A stretch of 63,273 bases of DNA, counting the filler, from Folioceros fuciformis (taxonomy: Eukaryota), in NCBI GenBank assembly GCA_049999805.1. It is 8 parts of 8 records of this genome, joined end to end, with 100 filler letters (N's around TTAATTAATTAA, not from the genome) between each part and the next. Parts side by side here need not be neighbours in the genome. Positions count along the whole stretch, not along the records: positions 34,622 to 46,930 come from JBNGIO010004668.1; positions 47,031 to 52,908 come from JBNGIO010004669.1; 6 more parts are not named here. One strand, written 5' to 3'. The notes below the pieces were generated by a model that did no database searches, was not told the origin of the DNA, and saw only the letters and a list, made by a program, of their open reading frames with translations. Both the position numbers and the translations under genes were made by a program. Of the stretch, positions 35,433 through 49,560 are shown in pieces. Within the stretch, counting starts at the first letter, position 1. Each line of letters starts with the position of its first letter.

Positions 35433-38400
35433 CTAGTGGCGCCATGCTGAATGAGGGAATCCACTTTTAAATGAGTCCCCCCAACCACCTTCTGGCTCCT
35501 TTCTCTTCAGAGTGCCTGTGTGAGGACCCTTCAACTGGTCATTGTATAGACTGCTTGCGAGACCCGGCTGTCTCCCAGCCATAACATCTTCCTTGATCTC
35601 AGTTTCAACTGACTCGGGACCAGCATTGAGATCTAGACTTGGCCTCGTCCAAGTATTGGCCATGGCCACATCCTGTGCAGGCACCTCGGCAATACCCAGA
35701 ACATAAGGGGGTCTCAAATAGGCTGCATTTAGAACCCCTGAAGTCAATGTGTGAGAGGACACAGACGCTGTCAGTGATGTGGATCCAGCAGGCTCGAGAT
35801 ATGGTGAGGAGCTGGTTGCAAAACTAGCTGAGGAGCCGAAAGGGAAACTGGATCCAAAAGAATAAGCACAGAAAGCAGGAGGTGGGTTCGTGGGATAAGC
35901 AATGGACACTGCTCCTGGAGGATTGTTTACTGCTCTATACCTTTCGCTAGCAAATGAGACAGAACTAGGTCTAGCACCTAAATACTGTGCAGCAGCAGCA
36001 ACTGAATAGGATGGTTCAGCACGATTCATAGAGACAGACGGCAGAGCAACAGCAGAGAATGAACTGTTTGGAACAATCCAAGGGGGTGCATGCATCACCT
36101 CATTGCCCAACCTCAGGTTGGCTATCAGTGACATAGGGGGATTTATCAAGCCTGAAGAACTTCCAGAGAGACCTACAGCATCATCAACCAAACTGTCTTC
36201 AGAAGCAGGACCATCATTCAAGTCAAAATCTCGCAACACTGGCCTGAATGTTTTAGTTTCAGTGGAAGACCCAACCGTCTTTGGAACTCTCCAATCTGAC
36301 ATCAATAAAGATCCACTTTCCTCACTTTCATCAGCTCTATTGAGATCTAAATCCAGCTTCACCAGGGTGTGAATCACTGGAGAATCCTTCATGAATTCAG
36401 TGGAATCTGGGCATAATTTTGAGCGCTTTGGGCATGATAATTCCTGAAGACCCAACACAATGTCGGACATCTGGAACTGCGGGCTTGGAATTCCAGATCC
36501 ATCATCCAAGCCTCTTTCGTCCACCACATTCAGGTCAATGTCCAGAGGTGGCCTCATCCGCCTCAACCCCGAGCTCAGGTCACTGTCTAAAGCCCCTGCT
36601 TGTCTTTCGGGCGTCCGCCTGGGTTCTGCCGGACGAAAAGCACTGGTAGCTGCGGAACCTTTCCATCCAAGCTCACCCTTAAGGCGCATAGGACTAGCCG
36701 GTGGGATAAAAGGGCCCTTTGTAGCTGCTACTACTGCAATAGGAGTCGTCAAGTTTGCAGCTGCTGGATGGTTGATCACTACAGCAGGAGAATCTACAGA
36801 TGGTAAGTTTGTTGAAGCATCATCCTGAGGATGTTCTTCAACTGGTATGCCTTCGTTGAGATCGAAATCAGGCCTTTCAGATGCATCACTGCCTCCAACA
36901 GGGCCATCGCTGGGCCCAAGAACTTCAGTTGCTTGCTCAGGTGTGGTTGGTTCCCCAGCTTGAGAATTTCGTTGACCAGATTTGAAAACATTATGAGGAA
37001 CGTTCTGAGGAAGATTCTGAAGATGGCCAGCCTGATCTGACGACGACCTGCTAACAGGCCTACCACCTGAATTTGTAAGGTTCTCCTCTACGCCACCTCC
37101 AACTGGCAACGACTCAGACTCTACAGCTGTCGCAACAACTGTTCTTTCTTGGTCGGAACAGAAGCCCAACTGATCCACTTCGTCCCCTGCACCTAGACCT
37201 GTGGCTCTATCAGCAACATCTTCAGTCCGTTCTGTGACAGTCTCTTGGCTGTCATCGGAACAGCCAGCATTCCGTGCAGGGAGCTGCTGGTGAGCTCCAC
37301 CAACATCCTTATACTGATCAGAGAACTCACATTCAACAAGTGACTGCCATCGGTGCTCCAAATTGGACTCCGAGAGGCCCACAGCAGCAGTGCCAGCAAC
37401 TGGAGCTGTGTGTTCCACTTTATCATTACCCATGCTGTCCATATCAGCACATGAACTCCCTCCTCGCTTTCCAAAACGTTTAATATCCTGCTCAGCTTCT
37501 TTTCCCACTTGCTGTGCCACCTGAAGTGCATCATCCTCGAAAAGACAGTTCTCACTGGACATGAGGCCCCCCCCTGCTTCAAGATCTCTCTTCCCTGCAC
37601 ACAGATTTCCAGAATCACTACAGCTGTTTCCTTGACCGCCATGGTTCACTGAGGGTATACTGCAGTCAATACAATTAAGTGAAACAAACAGGCAAGGTCC
37701 ACAGAAAGCTTACCACTTTTCAAGTGGGTCCGGGATACCTTTCGATCATCAATGACACCTTCCCACCTGCCAGACTTCCCTCCAATAGGATATACAGTCT
37801 GGTTACCCAGCACCCCATGCATATCTTCATCGGTTATTACATTTGAATCTTTCTCTGAACCTGCTTCACATGATTGTGCACATAGTTGCACCTCCTCTCC
37901 AGTGAAAACCCTTGAAGCATCCCCTAAATCTTGCGAAGTAGTAAGAGGGCCCACTGCACCAGTGACAGCACGCTCCCTCTCAGGGAGAGACGGCCTTCGC
38001 TCGAGTGCATCACTGTTGATCTCATTGACTACATTTACATTGGGTGTGAAGCTTTCTTGCTTTGTGTCAGTCTCATTTGCGACACCAGTGCCAGGTGGAC
38101 TGTTACCTCCCTTGCTATCCGTGTCCATGCCCACCCTCTCCCGTGTACATTTAAGTGCAGGGACATCCGCTGCAATGGCCCGTCCAACCTCAGAGGCCAC
38201 AGTGGGCGGACTTGGTATACTGTCACAAACAATTCCCCGACCTTTATCGATGCTGCTGCCTTCCCTTTTGCAATCATCTCTTTGAGTCGCCATGTCAAAT
38301 GAGCACCTCACAGCTCTCTCTAGTACACCTTCAACAGGCCTAACTATACTAGTCCCCTTTGACACCTCGACTGCCAGGACATTTGCCAGCAAACTTATGC

Positions 38401-40231
38401 CGCCCACATCAGCAGCAACATCTTCCTCAACAACGACCAAATGAGGCTGCAGACCCTTCCCTCCCTCTATCTCCCTCTCTCCCTTCAATAAGCAGTCCTC
38501 TGTGCTGCAGTCAGTTTTACTGGGTGGAGCTGACTCAACTTTCCGCATCTCATCAATGGACCTCCCATGGTTGGTACTTTCACTGATCAAAATCTCGGAA
38601 TCACAGCTTGGAATCCTTGCACCAGAGACCTTCTTATCGTCTTCTCCAGTGTATGGTGCAGTTTTTGTCTCGTCAGAAGCCTCCAATATGCCAATTAACC
38701 TTCCATTGTTCAGTTGCCTTCCTTTAGCTTCAGTGACATCTGCCAAATTGGATAGAGAGGAGCTCCCAGTTTGTCTGTCCGTGACAGTTGCTAAAGGTCC
38801 TCTCCCAGATTGAACTGCGGGTGCTTCTGCTCCTCCACTCACTCGCGCAGGACTCTTTCCATAGCTTGGGATTTTTCCAATTAACCTCCCTTGAGCACCA
38901 GAACTTTCTGCGCGCGAAACATCAATTGTGCTCTTCTCCATGGTGGGTCCTGCAGCACATGCCTTGTCATTAGCAGCATTCCTACTCCAGACTAGAGGTC
39001 TTCCAGCGACCATCTCCTTCTGAACCCCTGATACAACACCTGAAAATGCTTTCCCAGATACACTGTTAGGCCAGAGTCCAGATGGGAGCAACTTGGGATT
39101 GATCCCTGAAGACGAACAGCTCTTCACATTTTCCTTCCAGGTACACCCTTTTCCCGCCCCACTTGACCATACTTGCCCATTGTTCTGAGCATGGGTGGCG
39201 TCACTGCCTTTCTCTTCCTTGGGCAGAGATGCAGGTGTGTCAGTGGACACGTTGTTCACTGAAAATTTACTGCAACCATCCTTCAGACCTGCAGAGTTAG
39301 GGGAGAGAGATTCTGAGGTTTTAGGACCACCAGCAAGGGACCTTGTCTCTCCAGGACAGCAGCTATTTGCGTTGGTCTTTGGAAAAGCCCCTGAACCACT
39401 CTTTACAGTAACTTCAGCAGGCACACCACTTTTCAGATGTACATGCACAAGGTCTGCTGAGGATTGCTTGCAAGACCAGGCTATCTCATGACTTGAGCCA
39501 GACTTCCCTTCTCCGTTTAACTTCATCTCAGCATCAACAATTTTCTTCCAAACATCCACCAACTTGCGTGCCCGTTTCTGAATTTCCGAGTTCTTATGGC
39601 TACGCAGCTGATTTACTGACTTACCCACCACAGAAGTTCTTAATGCCTCAAAATTCACAGGAAGTCTGTCAAGTGCGTGCAGAAGCGTTAACAGAAAATC
39701 CTCCACGGCCTTGTCCCCTTCTTTCGGGCTCCCAACGTCACCATTCGCTACTTTCTGAGCCTCCTGGAGCCAGTCTTCCAGCAAAACCAGTCCCCCTTGC
39801 TGCACAAATCGCTCTAGACAATCTTCCCGCTCACTGGCCACAATGACCCCTGCTAGCATACTTCGTCTGCAACCTGGATCATTGACTTTACTGGCATTCT
39901 CCATCCTCTCCTGCTGCATAAGGTGCACCAGGCGATCAACTGCAGCAAGGTTGGAGAGGCCTCCTTCCTTGTCCGTGATGCTACCAATATCTTCAGGTCT
40001 CGTAGGGCGGTCATACTTTAAGAGAGTTGAATCATTATCATCTGGCTTCAAAGGGCGCTCGCGTTTACTGGGATCAAGGTGCTGATCAGCTCGATCCCTT
40101 TTCTTGCCTTTTCCAGGTGCTGGATGCACTACAGCTGCATTTATATCAGTTCCAGACTTTAGCTGCTGAGAAGAAGTTGGCCCTGTGACAGCTCTTGGTG
40201 CGGGCCCCCCAGATTGCACAGCTGCCTGCAT
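35433..40231 (-). CDS. SUO/SHUTTLE-like TFIIS N-terminal domain protein, apparently without BAH domain; 2 coding exons (40231-37714, 37648-35433), ~1577 aa
   Basis: TFIIS-N: CLERFVQQGGLVLLEDWLQE...LLHALDRLPVN...GKSVNQLRSHKNSEIQKRARKLVDVWKK. Also GELGWKGSAATSAFRPAEPR, five DLN motifs and C-terminal LKRKEPEGGW. One 65-nt GT-AG intron joins the two ORFs in phase. Confidence 0.85.
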
Positions 40232-42085
40232 CTCTGCGTCGTCCTATCCAACAAATGATCTACCTCTTGGTGCTCCTGCTCCCGGAATCACGAAGACCAG
40301 TAAGGCATCCTGGGTCGCTTTGACGATCATACATGTCATGGCACCTCCCGACTGCCCCGCTTCCGCCTCAAGCCAGCGTGTTCCTAGTCCGACAATGTGC
40401 TCACTACTGCGATGCCGTGCCAAGTTATGAAACATAAGCCCATCATCATCCAAGGGAAGAACCGAAGAGAAAATGTGACAGCTGAGAAAGGGTAGGGGCT
40501 AGGGAGCGGCAGAAGACGAGTGTACGCGAACGCAATCACCTCCTAGGCTAGGACAGCAAGCGCAGCGCAGTGCACCACTAGAGGAAAACCTGCTGTAGTG
40601 TTAGTACGGAGCCAGAAAGCGTACAGTACAGAACGCAGCGACCTCCAGTGCCCGCATCAGTCGGTCAGAAACCGCAACCAAGCCGTACATTCTCTCAAGG
40701 AACACGCAGTACTCGAGGACATTTTCGAACTAGGTTAATCGTTCTTCTATCCTTGTTGAGGTACATAGGAGATGGATTGCAAGTGTTAAAAGGGAACACG
40801 GAGGTTACTGTATTGTCAGCAGCGTGCGGAGGACTTTCCGATTATCCTCACCACCATCGAGTGGCATTTGCCAATAGGAGTGATAAAAAATAAACGGATC
40901 CATCCAAAGTTCAGTTTTATCTTTTATGATATAATATGTATATATATAAAGACAATACCCGAGTACATTGGGGTAGGTGTTGCCTCGAGCTCGAGCAAAG
41001 CCTTATTAACCTTTAGGCATGGCTATAGCAATCAATTAACCAATTTTATCAATCAATCAAATTTATTTATATCAATGATGGATGAAAAATTCATCATGGG
41101 ATAAAAATTCTATAAATTAGAAAGAAGTATCATTGCGTTGTACACATAAGTTTGAACTACAGACTCAAACTAAATGATTTCTATAAAATGCAAGACCAAA
41201 CGAGGAAAAAAGAATAGAGTTATAACAAATCCAATTTAGACTATCAATAATCAAGGAGTTTAAAGAGGCAAAGGCCAAGGAAGAAGAAAACAAAGGGTTA
41301 TAAAGAATCCAATTTAGACTACCAATGAGCTTAGTGACATGGAAGAAGGAAAAACAATGTAGAGGAAAACCAATACATTCAAAGAGGAGAGTGTAACGGG
41401 CACAAATGTATGCATAAACATGGCAAAAGAAAAGAAAGTGGGATTTGGATTCAATATTAAGGGAACAAAGATGGTAGAGACGAGCCTACCAAGGAGCCAC
41501 ATTATGAAGCTATCAATCAGTTTCAATACGAAGATAATGGTAGCGAAGTCAAAAATGATTAATAAGAGTACAAAGCTTGAAAGAGAGAGGAGAACTAAGG
41601 TAATGAGGAAGGACAAGGAAGCCAAAGGGGAAAATGATATGAAACTCTTCTTTGTAGAAATAGAACTTCGGTGAGAGGGCAAGGTCAAATAAGAGGGGGT
41701 TCCAAGTGAGGCCTCTAAAGGTAAGACAACTTAATGTCTTGGCGAACAAGGTGATTCAGAGGAAGATGCAGAGGTGGGTAGCGGAAAAGGAGTAGGCTAG
41801 GTAAGAAGTTCACAAGGGCTAAACCTGAATTTGAGGAGCCAAGCAATAGATTGTGAGAGCCATGAAAAAGAAGCTTAGGGATCAATATTAAACCATAAGA
41901 AGCTAGAAGACCTATAAGCAAGAAGATGGTAAGGGAAAAGACTGGAGTCCTCCAATTGAAGAAGGTGGAGACAATAGAGGAAAGAAGATAGGCGAAAAAG
42001 ACCATCAAGTTCATGGGGAAAGGTAACAAATTCAGTTAAAAGAATGGTTAAGGGCATAATCTATTTTTAGATGTCAAGTAGAAGA

Positions 42086-45000
42086 TGTTAGGAAAGAAAT
42101 TAAACCTAACCCACAGTTATTTAAGAGCGAGTTACTACAACCTAGGGTTACATCATGAAAGGACACAAAGAATACTTAAACACTTTTTGACATTGAGGAC
42201 AATTAATTATTTATTTTCATACAAGTTGTTGCGCATGCTCTCGTATTCACTCGTTGTACTCATGGTATCAAAGCCTCATTCATGAGGCTAAAACAACATG
42301 CCGAGGCGCGGTGGCTATAGAGGTCCTCGTCCTGGTGGACCTCCAAGACTTTCTCGTCGTGGAGGACATCTACCAAGATATTCAGCACCTTTGCCAAGAA
42401 ATTCAGTGCTGGACCCCTATGAATGTAGCCACCCTACCTTTCGGCTGACAAATTTCTCTTATCTCGCTCGTTGCGAGGGGAGAAGAAGGCAAAACCCTGA
42501 TTCATAGGAGGCTTTTGGACTATTTGATTTATTATTTAGGTCACGTTCTAATTGTGAGCATTATCTCCGAGCCGAGAGATCACCATTTACTCGGCACCTT
42601 GTGTCACTGCTTGAACAGAAATATATCAGGAACGTCATTAAGCTACAAGAAATTATCGTGGATGAGACACAATCTCTGTTATTTAGGGTGGAGAAAGTAC
42701 TTTCTATTGCAATCTGCAATTTAAAAACCCTCAAAGACAGACTGGATAGTTCCTCGCTTGACACTAAGCAATCTATTACCAAATATAAATAGAATATCCA
42801 GGAGAACATCAATGAAGTTGCTGATCTTTTGAGGTTTATGGACCCTAAGCTTTAAAGAGTGGAGGCTGGATGCTCTCATTCAATAACTGATCCCTCAGCG
42901 CCATGAATTCTTCCGCTGCGAAGGAGCGGAGCGAGAGCAGCAGGAGCAATACCTGTTTAGATTCGAAGCGGTGCATTTCCACTTGCATCTCTTCCATACT
43001 GCTTTCCGTGTTATTGTGAATGGTGTACCTAACCTGTCGTTTCACATGGACAAGACACGACGGTTAGGTTTTCGTTTTTAAGAAAGGTCTCTTTTGAACA
43101 TGAAACTTCTTTTAAGATTTTAGGGTTCTTTTCTACTTACCCGTTCACACTAGACCTGGATGACATGCTTTATTAATTTCTTAGAGACCAAACTAGTCAT
43201 CCACTCACATAATGCATAAGTGTACTCACCTGTTGTTCAGGAACCATAGTTTCCTGATGCTCGTAGGTACCTTATGACCTCAACCTCTCAGTTGGATACG
43301 TTGATAAGAAGCTTCAACAGTTTAAGTTTGCAGCTTGCACTCAACACAAGCATGGCAAACCATGTCTCGTTTAGTTCTGATGTCAAAGATAAGGATAGGT
43401 TTAGAGGTACTGGCTATTCTATCTGGCAAGTTCGAATGAGAACTATTCTCACAGCTCGAGGTGTTTGGTCTAGTGTCGATGGTTCCTTTAAGAAACCTGA
43501 CCCACAAACCAAACCTGATGAATTTGCCAAATGGGAGCATAACAATGGTGTTGCAATGGCTCTGATAGTGAATGGGCTAGATGTAGCCCTTATTCCCAAT
43601 GTTGAATTCCTCACATTAGCATAAGATATTTGGAACCAGTTGGAGAAAACCTATCACACAACCATCATGGCCACATTGTCAGCAGTTCATATGGAATTCT
43701 ATACACTGCGTGTGAAAGAAGGGGACAAGATGGCTGCACATACCACCAAATTTCGTCACCTTTGAGCTCAAATTCAATCTATTACCAAAACACAAATGAC
43801 GGAATCTGAATCAATCTCCCAGTTACTTACCAGCCTGCCTTCTTCCTATCAATCTTTTGTCACTAGTTATCAGAATGGCCCTGTTGCAGCTGCTACATCA
43901 GGAGGCGTCCTGTTAGTTTCTATTACAATGGAAGACGTAATAAGAGCCCTTTACCAGGAAGAGCAGACCCGGCTAACATCATCCGGGGTTGCAAAAACAA
44001 CACAAAGGAGAGCGGGCGTTAGTTGTAAACTTTCGCCCTAAAGGGAAGGGAAAATTCAGTGGGGGCACCTCCTCAGGACAGCCCAAGGATAGGACTGAAT
44101 TTTCGAATTCAAAATGACTAGGAACATGCAATTGGTGTGGCATTCTTGGCCATTGGGCATGCGAGTGCCATAAACGTAAAGCTGGTGAGCCTCAAAAACA
44201 GGCCAAGCCTACTGCAAGTGTTGCAATGAGGGATAAGCCTGTAGAGAAGGCACCAGTCAAGATACTTACCATATGTTTGTCAAGCTCAACATATGATGAA
44301 GAGAGCTGGTACTTCGATTCCGGGGCTACCACACATATCTGCAACAGAAGGGAGTTGTTCGCTTCCCTTAGCCTTGCTCATGTCCATGACAAGGTCTTCT
44401 TAGGTGATGAGCAATCTAAAACTAGCTTGAACATAGAGGGCAGGGATCAGTGTGTGTTCAAGTTACATGATCACACAGATCGTATACTTGAAGATGTACT
44501 CTTCGTTCCTAGTATGGCGAAGAACCTTATGTCCATGAGCCAGCTCATGCGTTTGGGTATCTCCTCAATGGTGGCCCACTCCCAACATTGCTCGTTTTAT
44601 AAGAAGTTGCTTCCCCCTAGATGTGTCTTCAGGGGGATCCTTGATAACTCGTTGTACCGCCTGGATATTGTCTGCACATATAAAACATCCAATAAGCACA
44701 TAGCTCACTCTACTACTACTCCTACACTCACTGCTGAACAGGAGGCAATATTGTGGCATGCAAGACTAGGACATGTTAACAGAGGAAAACTGATTGATAT
44801 GTCTGTCACTGAGTGCCACAGAGAGCCATTGCCCAAGTGCTTCAAAAATTTACCTGTGTGTGAGTCATGTATATTGGCAAAATAGAAGGAATCTCCCTTT
44901 CCTAAGGCAGCTGCACATAGAGCAACTCAGGTCCTTGAGTTAGTTCATGTAGACATCTCGGGGAAAATTCATGTGCCCTCTTTAGGGGGTTCCCATTACT

Positions 45001-46754
45001 TCTTCACCCTAACAGATGATTATAGTAGGTATACCTAGACTTTCCCCCTTCAAGTGAAGAGTGACACCTTTGAGTGTTTCAGAGATTGGTTCCACGTTAC
45101 TCAAAGGCAATCTGGAAAACTGTTAAAGATACTGAGGTCTGATAATGGAACAGAGTTTGTCAATGCTGCATTTGATGATTTTCTCCAGGAGCATGGTGTG
45201 CTTAGGCAGCTTATTGTACCTTACACACCACAACAGAACGGAGTGACAGAAAGGAAAAATCAGACCCTACTTGGTATGACGCGCAACATGCTTATCTAGG
45301 CAGCTTTACCTCAAGGGTATTGGGCAGAAGCAGTGGTGACTGCTACATTTATTCTCAATAGGGTACTATCAAGCTCTGTTCCGTAGAAGACACTATACGA
45401 GGTATTTTGGCATAAAAAGCCAAGCCTCTTATATCTGAGGGTCTTTGGAGCATGAGCTTTTGGTCACATACCTGCTGAGAAAAGAAGGAAATTAGATCCT
45501 CGAGCATAGGGACTACCTTTTGTAGGTTACAGTGAAAGGACAAAAGCCTACAAACTTTACAGTCCGAAGACTGGTGCCATCCTACTCGCTCGGAGTGTCA
45601 CTTTTATTGAGCCAGGAACCCCTGCCCCTCAGTCATTCCCAACACAGTTACAGGATGAGCACATTATTGAAGAAGACTCTCCATTGGAATTAGATACATC
45701 TTGAGGTGTTCCTACCACTTATCCACTCGATGATATGGATCCTGCTGATATCCTCACTAAAGGATTGACAAGACACAAACACTACTATCATATGGAGGGC
45801 ATAGGGTTGAGGGACTACTCAGCCTATGTTGAGTAACTGACGAAAGTGCAGGATCAGGTGGATGAAGCGTGCAGGATATACTCAATCACCTGTATACCTG
45901 TCTTCTTATTCGTCGAAATCCAGCTCTTTGAACCCGTTCAGTATTCTGCTGATGCGCTCCAGCTGAGTGACGAGACCTTGTTTTCTCTCCTCAGTTTGCT
46001 CGCGAGTTGGAGGTTCAGAAGTATGGGTGTCCCTATCTCTGACTCTGCTGATCAGCAAAGACACGTTCAGTTCTACATGATAGTTCCCTAGGCGCAAATG
46101 CTGGCCGACCACGTGCTTGTTGTCCCACAGCCTTTCATCGCCTCCTCGTTACTCAAAGGAGTAATCTCTGACGAGGAAGACGATCCTGTCCTCATTGCTG
46201 TTGGAGATTGCGGATTACCGGGACGATTGTCGACAGCCTCACTCCTTCTCTGCCTCCTTGCAGAAGGTACCTGTTTTTCCCCATTGCTTCTCCTCCTCAT
46301 GCTTGATCAGAAAGCGAAGACACAAAACCCTGAAGATGAAGAACATCACTTGTGAGATACCGATGACAACTGTGTGGAGAAGATTCATTCTTCTAGCCAC
46401 GGCCTTCAATGCGAAGCAGGATTACGACCATCAGCTCCAACCACCGAATTGCTTCCACACATGTGCAGAGAACTGGCTGTTCCTCGTGCTTCGCTATCCA
46501 TTATCTTCTCATAAAGGACACTTCTATTCCAGAGTTCGACCATCGAATACTAACAGTGGTTAGTTTAAGAGGGGGTGTTAGGAAAGAAATTAAACCTAAC
46601 CCACAGTTAGTTAAGAGCAAGTTACTACAACCTAGGGTTACATCATGAAAGGACACATAGAGAATACTTAAACACTTTTTGACATTGAGAACAATTAAAA
46701 ATTTATTTTCATACAAGTTGTTGCGCATGCTCTCGCATTCGCTCGTTTTACTAA
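42086..46754 (+). mobile_element. Ty1/Copia LTR retrotransposon, non-autonomous (RT deleted, stop codons), with both LTRs and TSD
   Basis: LTRs 42086-42262 and 46576-46754 (~94% identical by hand count). TSD GAAGA at 42081-42085 and 46755-46759. PBS tggtatcaaagc (tRNA-Met) at 42263; PPT aagaggggg before 46576. gag with CNWC..GH....C knuckle, protease WYFDSGAT, LWHARLGH, integrase SDNGTEF/PQQNG, and only the RNase H tail ADILTKGL. Confidence 0.95.
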
Positions 46755-47030
46755 GAAGAGTTTCAAATTAAGCATATTGTTCATTAACAATGAGAACAAT
46801 AATTTAGGTAGGATCTTGAATACATCTCGAAAAGGGGTGTGACCTTTTTTAGTTTGCTACTTAGCTAACTATGTAGAAAACTAAAGGCTATTTTGATAGC
46901 TCATCTACTTAAAAAGGAGGAGGAACAACCNNNNNNNNNNNNNNNNNNNNNNNNNNNNNNNNNNNNNNNNNNNNTTAATTAATTAANNNNNNNNNNNNNN
47001 NNNNNNNNNNNNNNNNNNNNNNNNNNNNNN

Positions 47031-48217
47031 AACCAAAACAAACTACTACCCCAAACTTTGGAGGTTCACACAAGGCCACACCAAGACTCATTGTCAAGGG
47101 GCCAAGGTGCATTTGTTGGCCTGTGAAGGGGAAGGAGAGGAGTGGCCGGTGGAGGACTCCTACCAAATTCAGGAGTTTTCCCAAGGGCAGCAATACCCCA
47201 AGACGGCCCACTCTTCCATTCTGCGAAATCCCATGGGCATGGGTGGTCGCATCAACCAAATGGGGAGGGTTGCTAATCAAACAGCGGGGGTGGTCCAATG
47301 CTACAATTGCCGGGGCTTTGGACATTATGCCAGTAGTTGCCCCTCAGCAACCAGGCAAGCCAATGGGGATTATGATAGGTTGTGCCAGAACTGCAAAAAG
47401 CTGGGGCATGTGGCGGGTAGCGTGCTTTGCCAGAACCCTAGAAAGAGTGTGAGGATCGCCCAGCCAGTGGTGACAGGGGTGCAGCAAGCAGCACCTCAAG
47501 GGGCTACAACAGCCATGCACGTGGAGGACGCCCTCATGGCTGTTTGGGAGGAGGATGAGGCCAAGGTGCTTAAGGGATTGGAAGGCCTGGACACCACAAT
47601 GGGGGGTTACTACGGGGAGGCTGCAGCTATGGCAGTATGCACCCGTAGTGGAAGGAAGAGAGGGAAGCAACGGAGTGCCAAGAAGAGAAGGAAGGAAGCT
47701 GAATCCACTACTGGATCGCAGGAGGAAGGGAAGAGCACTCCACACGTGATCGGGGGACAAAGCTCCGAGAGGGAAAAATTAAGGGCTGGAAAGGAAGTAG
47801 CTCCAGCAAAGGAGGGGAACCTGGAATTCCCACCAGATGTGCGGGGAGAGGTCATGGACATGATCCAGGAGGAGCTGGATAAGGCAGCAAAGGTGGCAGG
47901 GCCTGTGGCTGCAAGTGAGCCACCTAGGGAGGTGGCAGCAGTGACTAAAAGTACAGCCAGGGCTGTCTAGAAGCCATTCGACCTTGCTGGGGCCATCATG
48001 GATCAGCAATTCGTTGTCACCTTTGGCCAGCTCTTGAAGGACAACCCCAAATACCGGCAGCAAGTCCGGAAGGCCTTGCAGGAAGCCCAACCCAAGAAGA
48101 AAAGGCTGCCTAAATCAAGGCCAAGAGTGTCAGCCCCTATGGTCAACATGGTGTCCATGGTGGACCAAGGGCCGGACGAGTTGCTGGTGGAGATTGCGGG
48201 CTGCGTGATTAAGAGGC
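47031..48217 (+). mobile_element. Gypsy-type gag C-terminus (zinc knuckles) and start of protease, fragment
   Basis: CYNCRGFGHYASSC and CQNCKKLGH knuckles. Same family as the 54465-58162 copy. Breaks off just before the protease DTG motif. Confidence 0.8.
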
Positions 48218-49560
48218 TGGTCCCCATACTTGTCAACCAAGGTGGTAAACAGCTGATAGTGAAACAACGAATCAGTCTCCAAGGCAGCTAGAAACTTTTG
48301 AGCCGCCTCTTGGTCGGTCAGCATGCTCGTACCATCTCTTAGCTTGTGTAATCGCCTAAAGGCCATCTGGACAGTCTCAACTTTCTTGCGTGCAAAGGTT
48401 GCAAGCTCCGCAACCTTCTCTGGAGTCTTGGTTGGAAAAGCTTTGTCCAGAATCGCAAAGAAATCCTCCACGGGGTTGTCGTGCTTGGGCACGTCTAACT
48501 TGTCCGGGATACCAGCTATGGCAGTGGCCATCTTCTGCTAAGTCATGTTTACTACCGTAGGTGGTGGGACTAATGTGGCAATGGTGCCAGCTGCAATCCC
48601 TGCTTGGTGAGTGGCCACCGCAGTGGCCAACAAACTCTTGCATGCCACTTGAAGGGCTGCCGTGTAAGCAGGGTTGAGCTTTTCTACCACTGCCAACATC
48701 TCTGGTGCATGAGTCTCAAACAGGTCCAGAGCTTCATTAGCCAGATACCTAGGTAGCTGTTCAAACATATATCTATGAGTATAAGCAGCTCCATGCTTAA
48801 ACTTAACACGACTGGTTAAGAAGCCATAGAACAACTTGAAATCCTTGAGGGTCTGCGTCCCTGGCCTGCCAGAGAACTTTTCAGACTTGTGAACAGGTGC
48901 TCCGATCCCTCCATGGTGTCAGACTCCTCGAACTCCTTTTCATCCAAACTGGTGTCTCCACCTACAGCCTGAACAATGTTTGACAGAGGCGACCAACTTA
49001 CTCCTATTGCCCCAGCAGACCCAAACACTTCCCCAATGCTACTCTAGTTTGTGACACTCTGGTTAAGGTGGCGCTCACTCGACTCCTCAGCTGGTCTCTA
49101 CTCTGGTGAACTAGGCTTGGCAGTCCATTGACGCTGTGCCCTCCGCCGAGGTACCCAAGATTGCCGTGGAACGGTCCTACTTCTCAGATGGCAAGCTGGC
49201 TCATCATCACTCCCATCAGATGGCATATATAGTCCATGCAGAAACCAAACAAGGTCGATGATTAGCAGTGATTTAAGAAAAGTAAGAATGTAAGAGTGCA
49301 CAGCAACCTGTGCCTACTAACTGACTCTAACTCCCTGCTAGACCATCATCAGGACTACGCTATCGACAACCAAGTGTCCACTAGCCTGAAGTTCTGCTCA
49401 CTCAGGGTCTAGGCCAAACCAGTACTTACAGCTCAGTAGTCGACGTACCACCCTCAACCAGACCCCCAGCAAGGTGAGTATCCTCTCCTTCTCTTAGCTC
49501 ACCAAAACTTTAGCACGGTGAGTCCACACCCTGATCCTAACAAAGAAGGGCGGGTATCTC
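48218..49560 (-). mobile_element. Degenerate gag-like retroelement fragment of a different family, opposite strand
   Basis: EKFSGRPGTQTLKDFK..., FEQLPRYLANEALDLF, FARKKVETVQMAFRRLHKL (retrotransposon gag-like), with stops and frameshifts. Left end abuts the previous element; right boundary is approximate. Confidence 0.55.

Noticed and set aside
7180-40231. A chromatin-silencing gene cluster (MSI4, CMT, SUO-like)
   Set aside because: Interspersed with unrelated genes and separated by artificial joins; only the MSI4-CMT adjacency is solid.
41190-42085. Purine-rich region with short ORFs upstream of the Copia element
   Set aside because: Compositional ORFs with no recognisable domain; probably decayed repeat.
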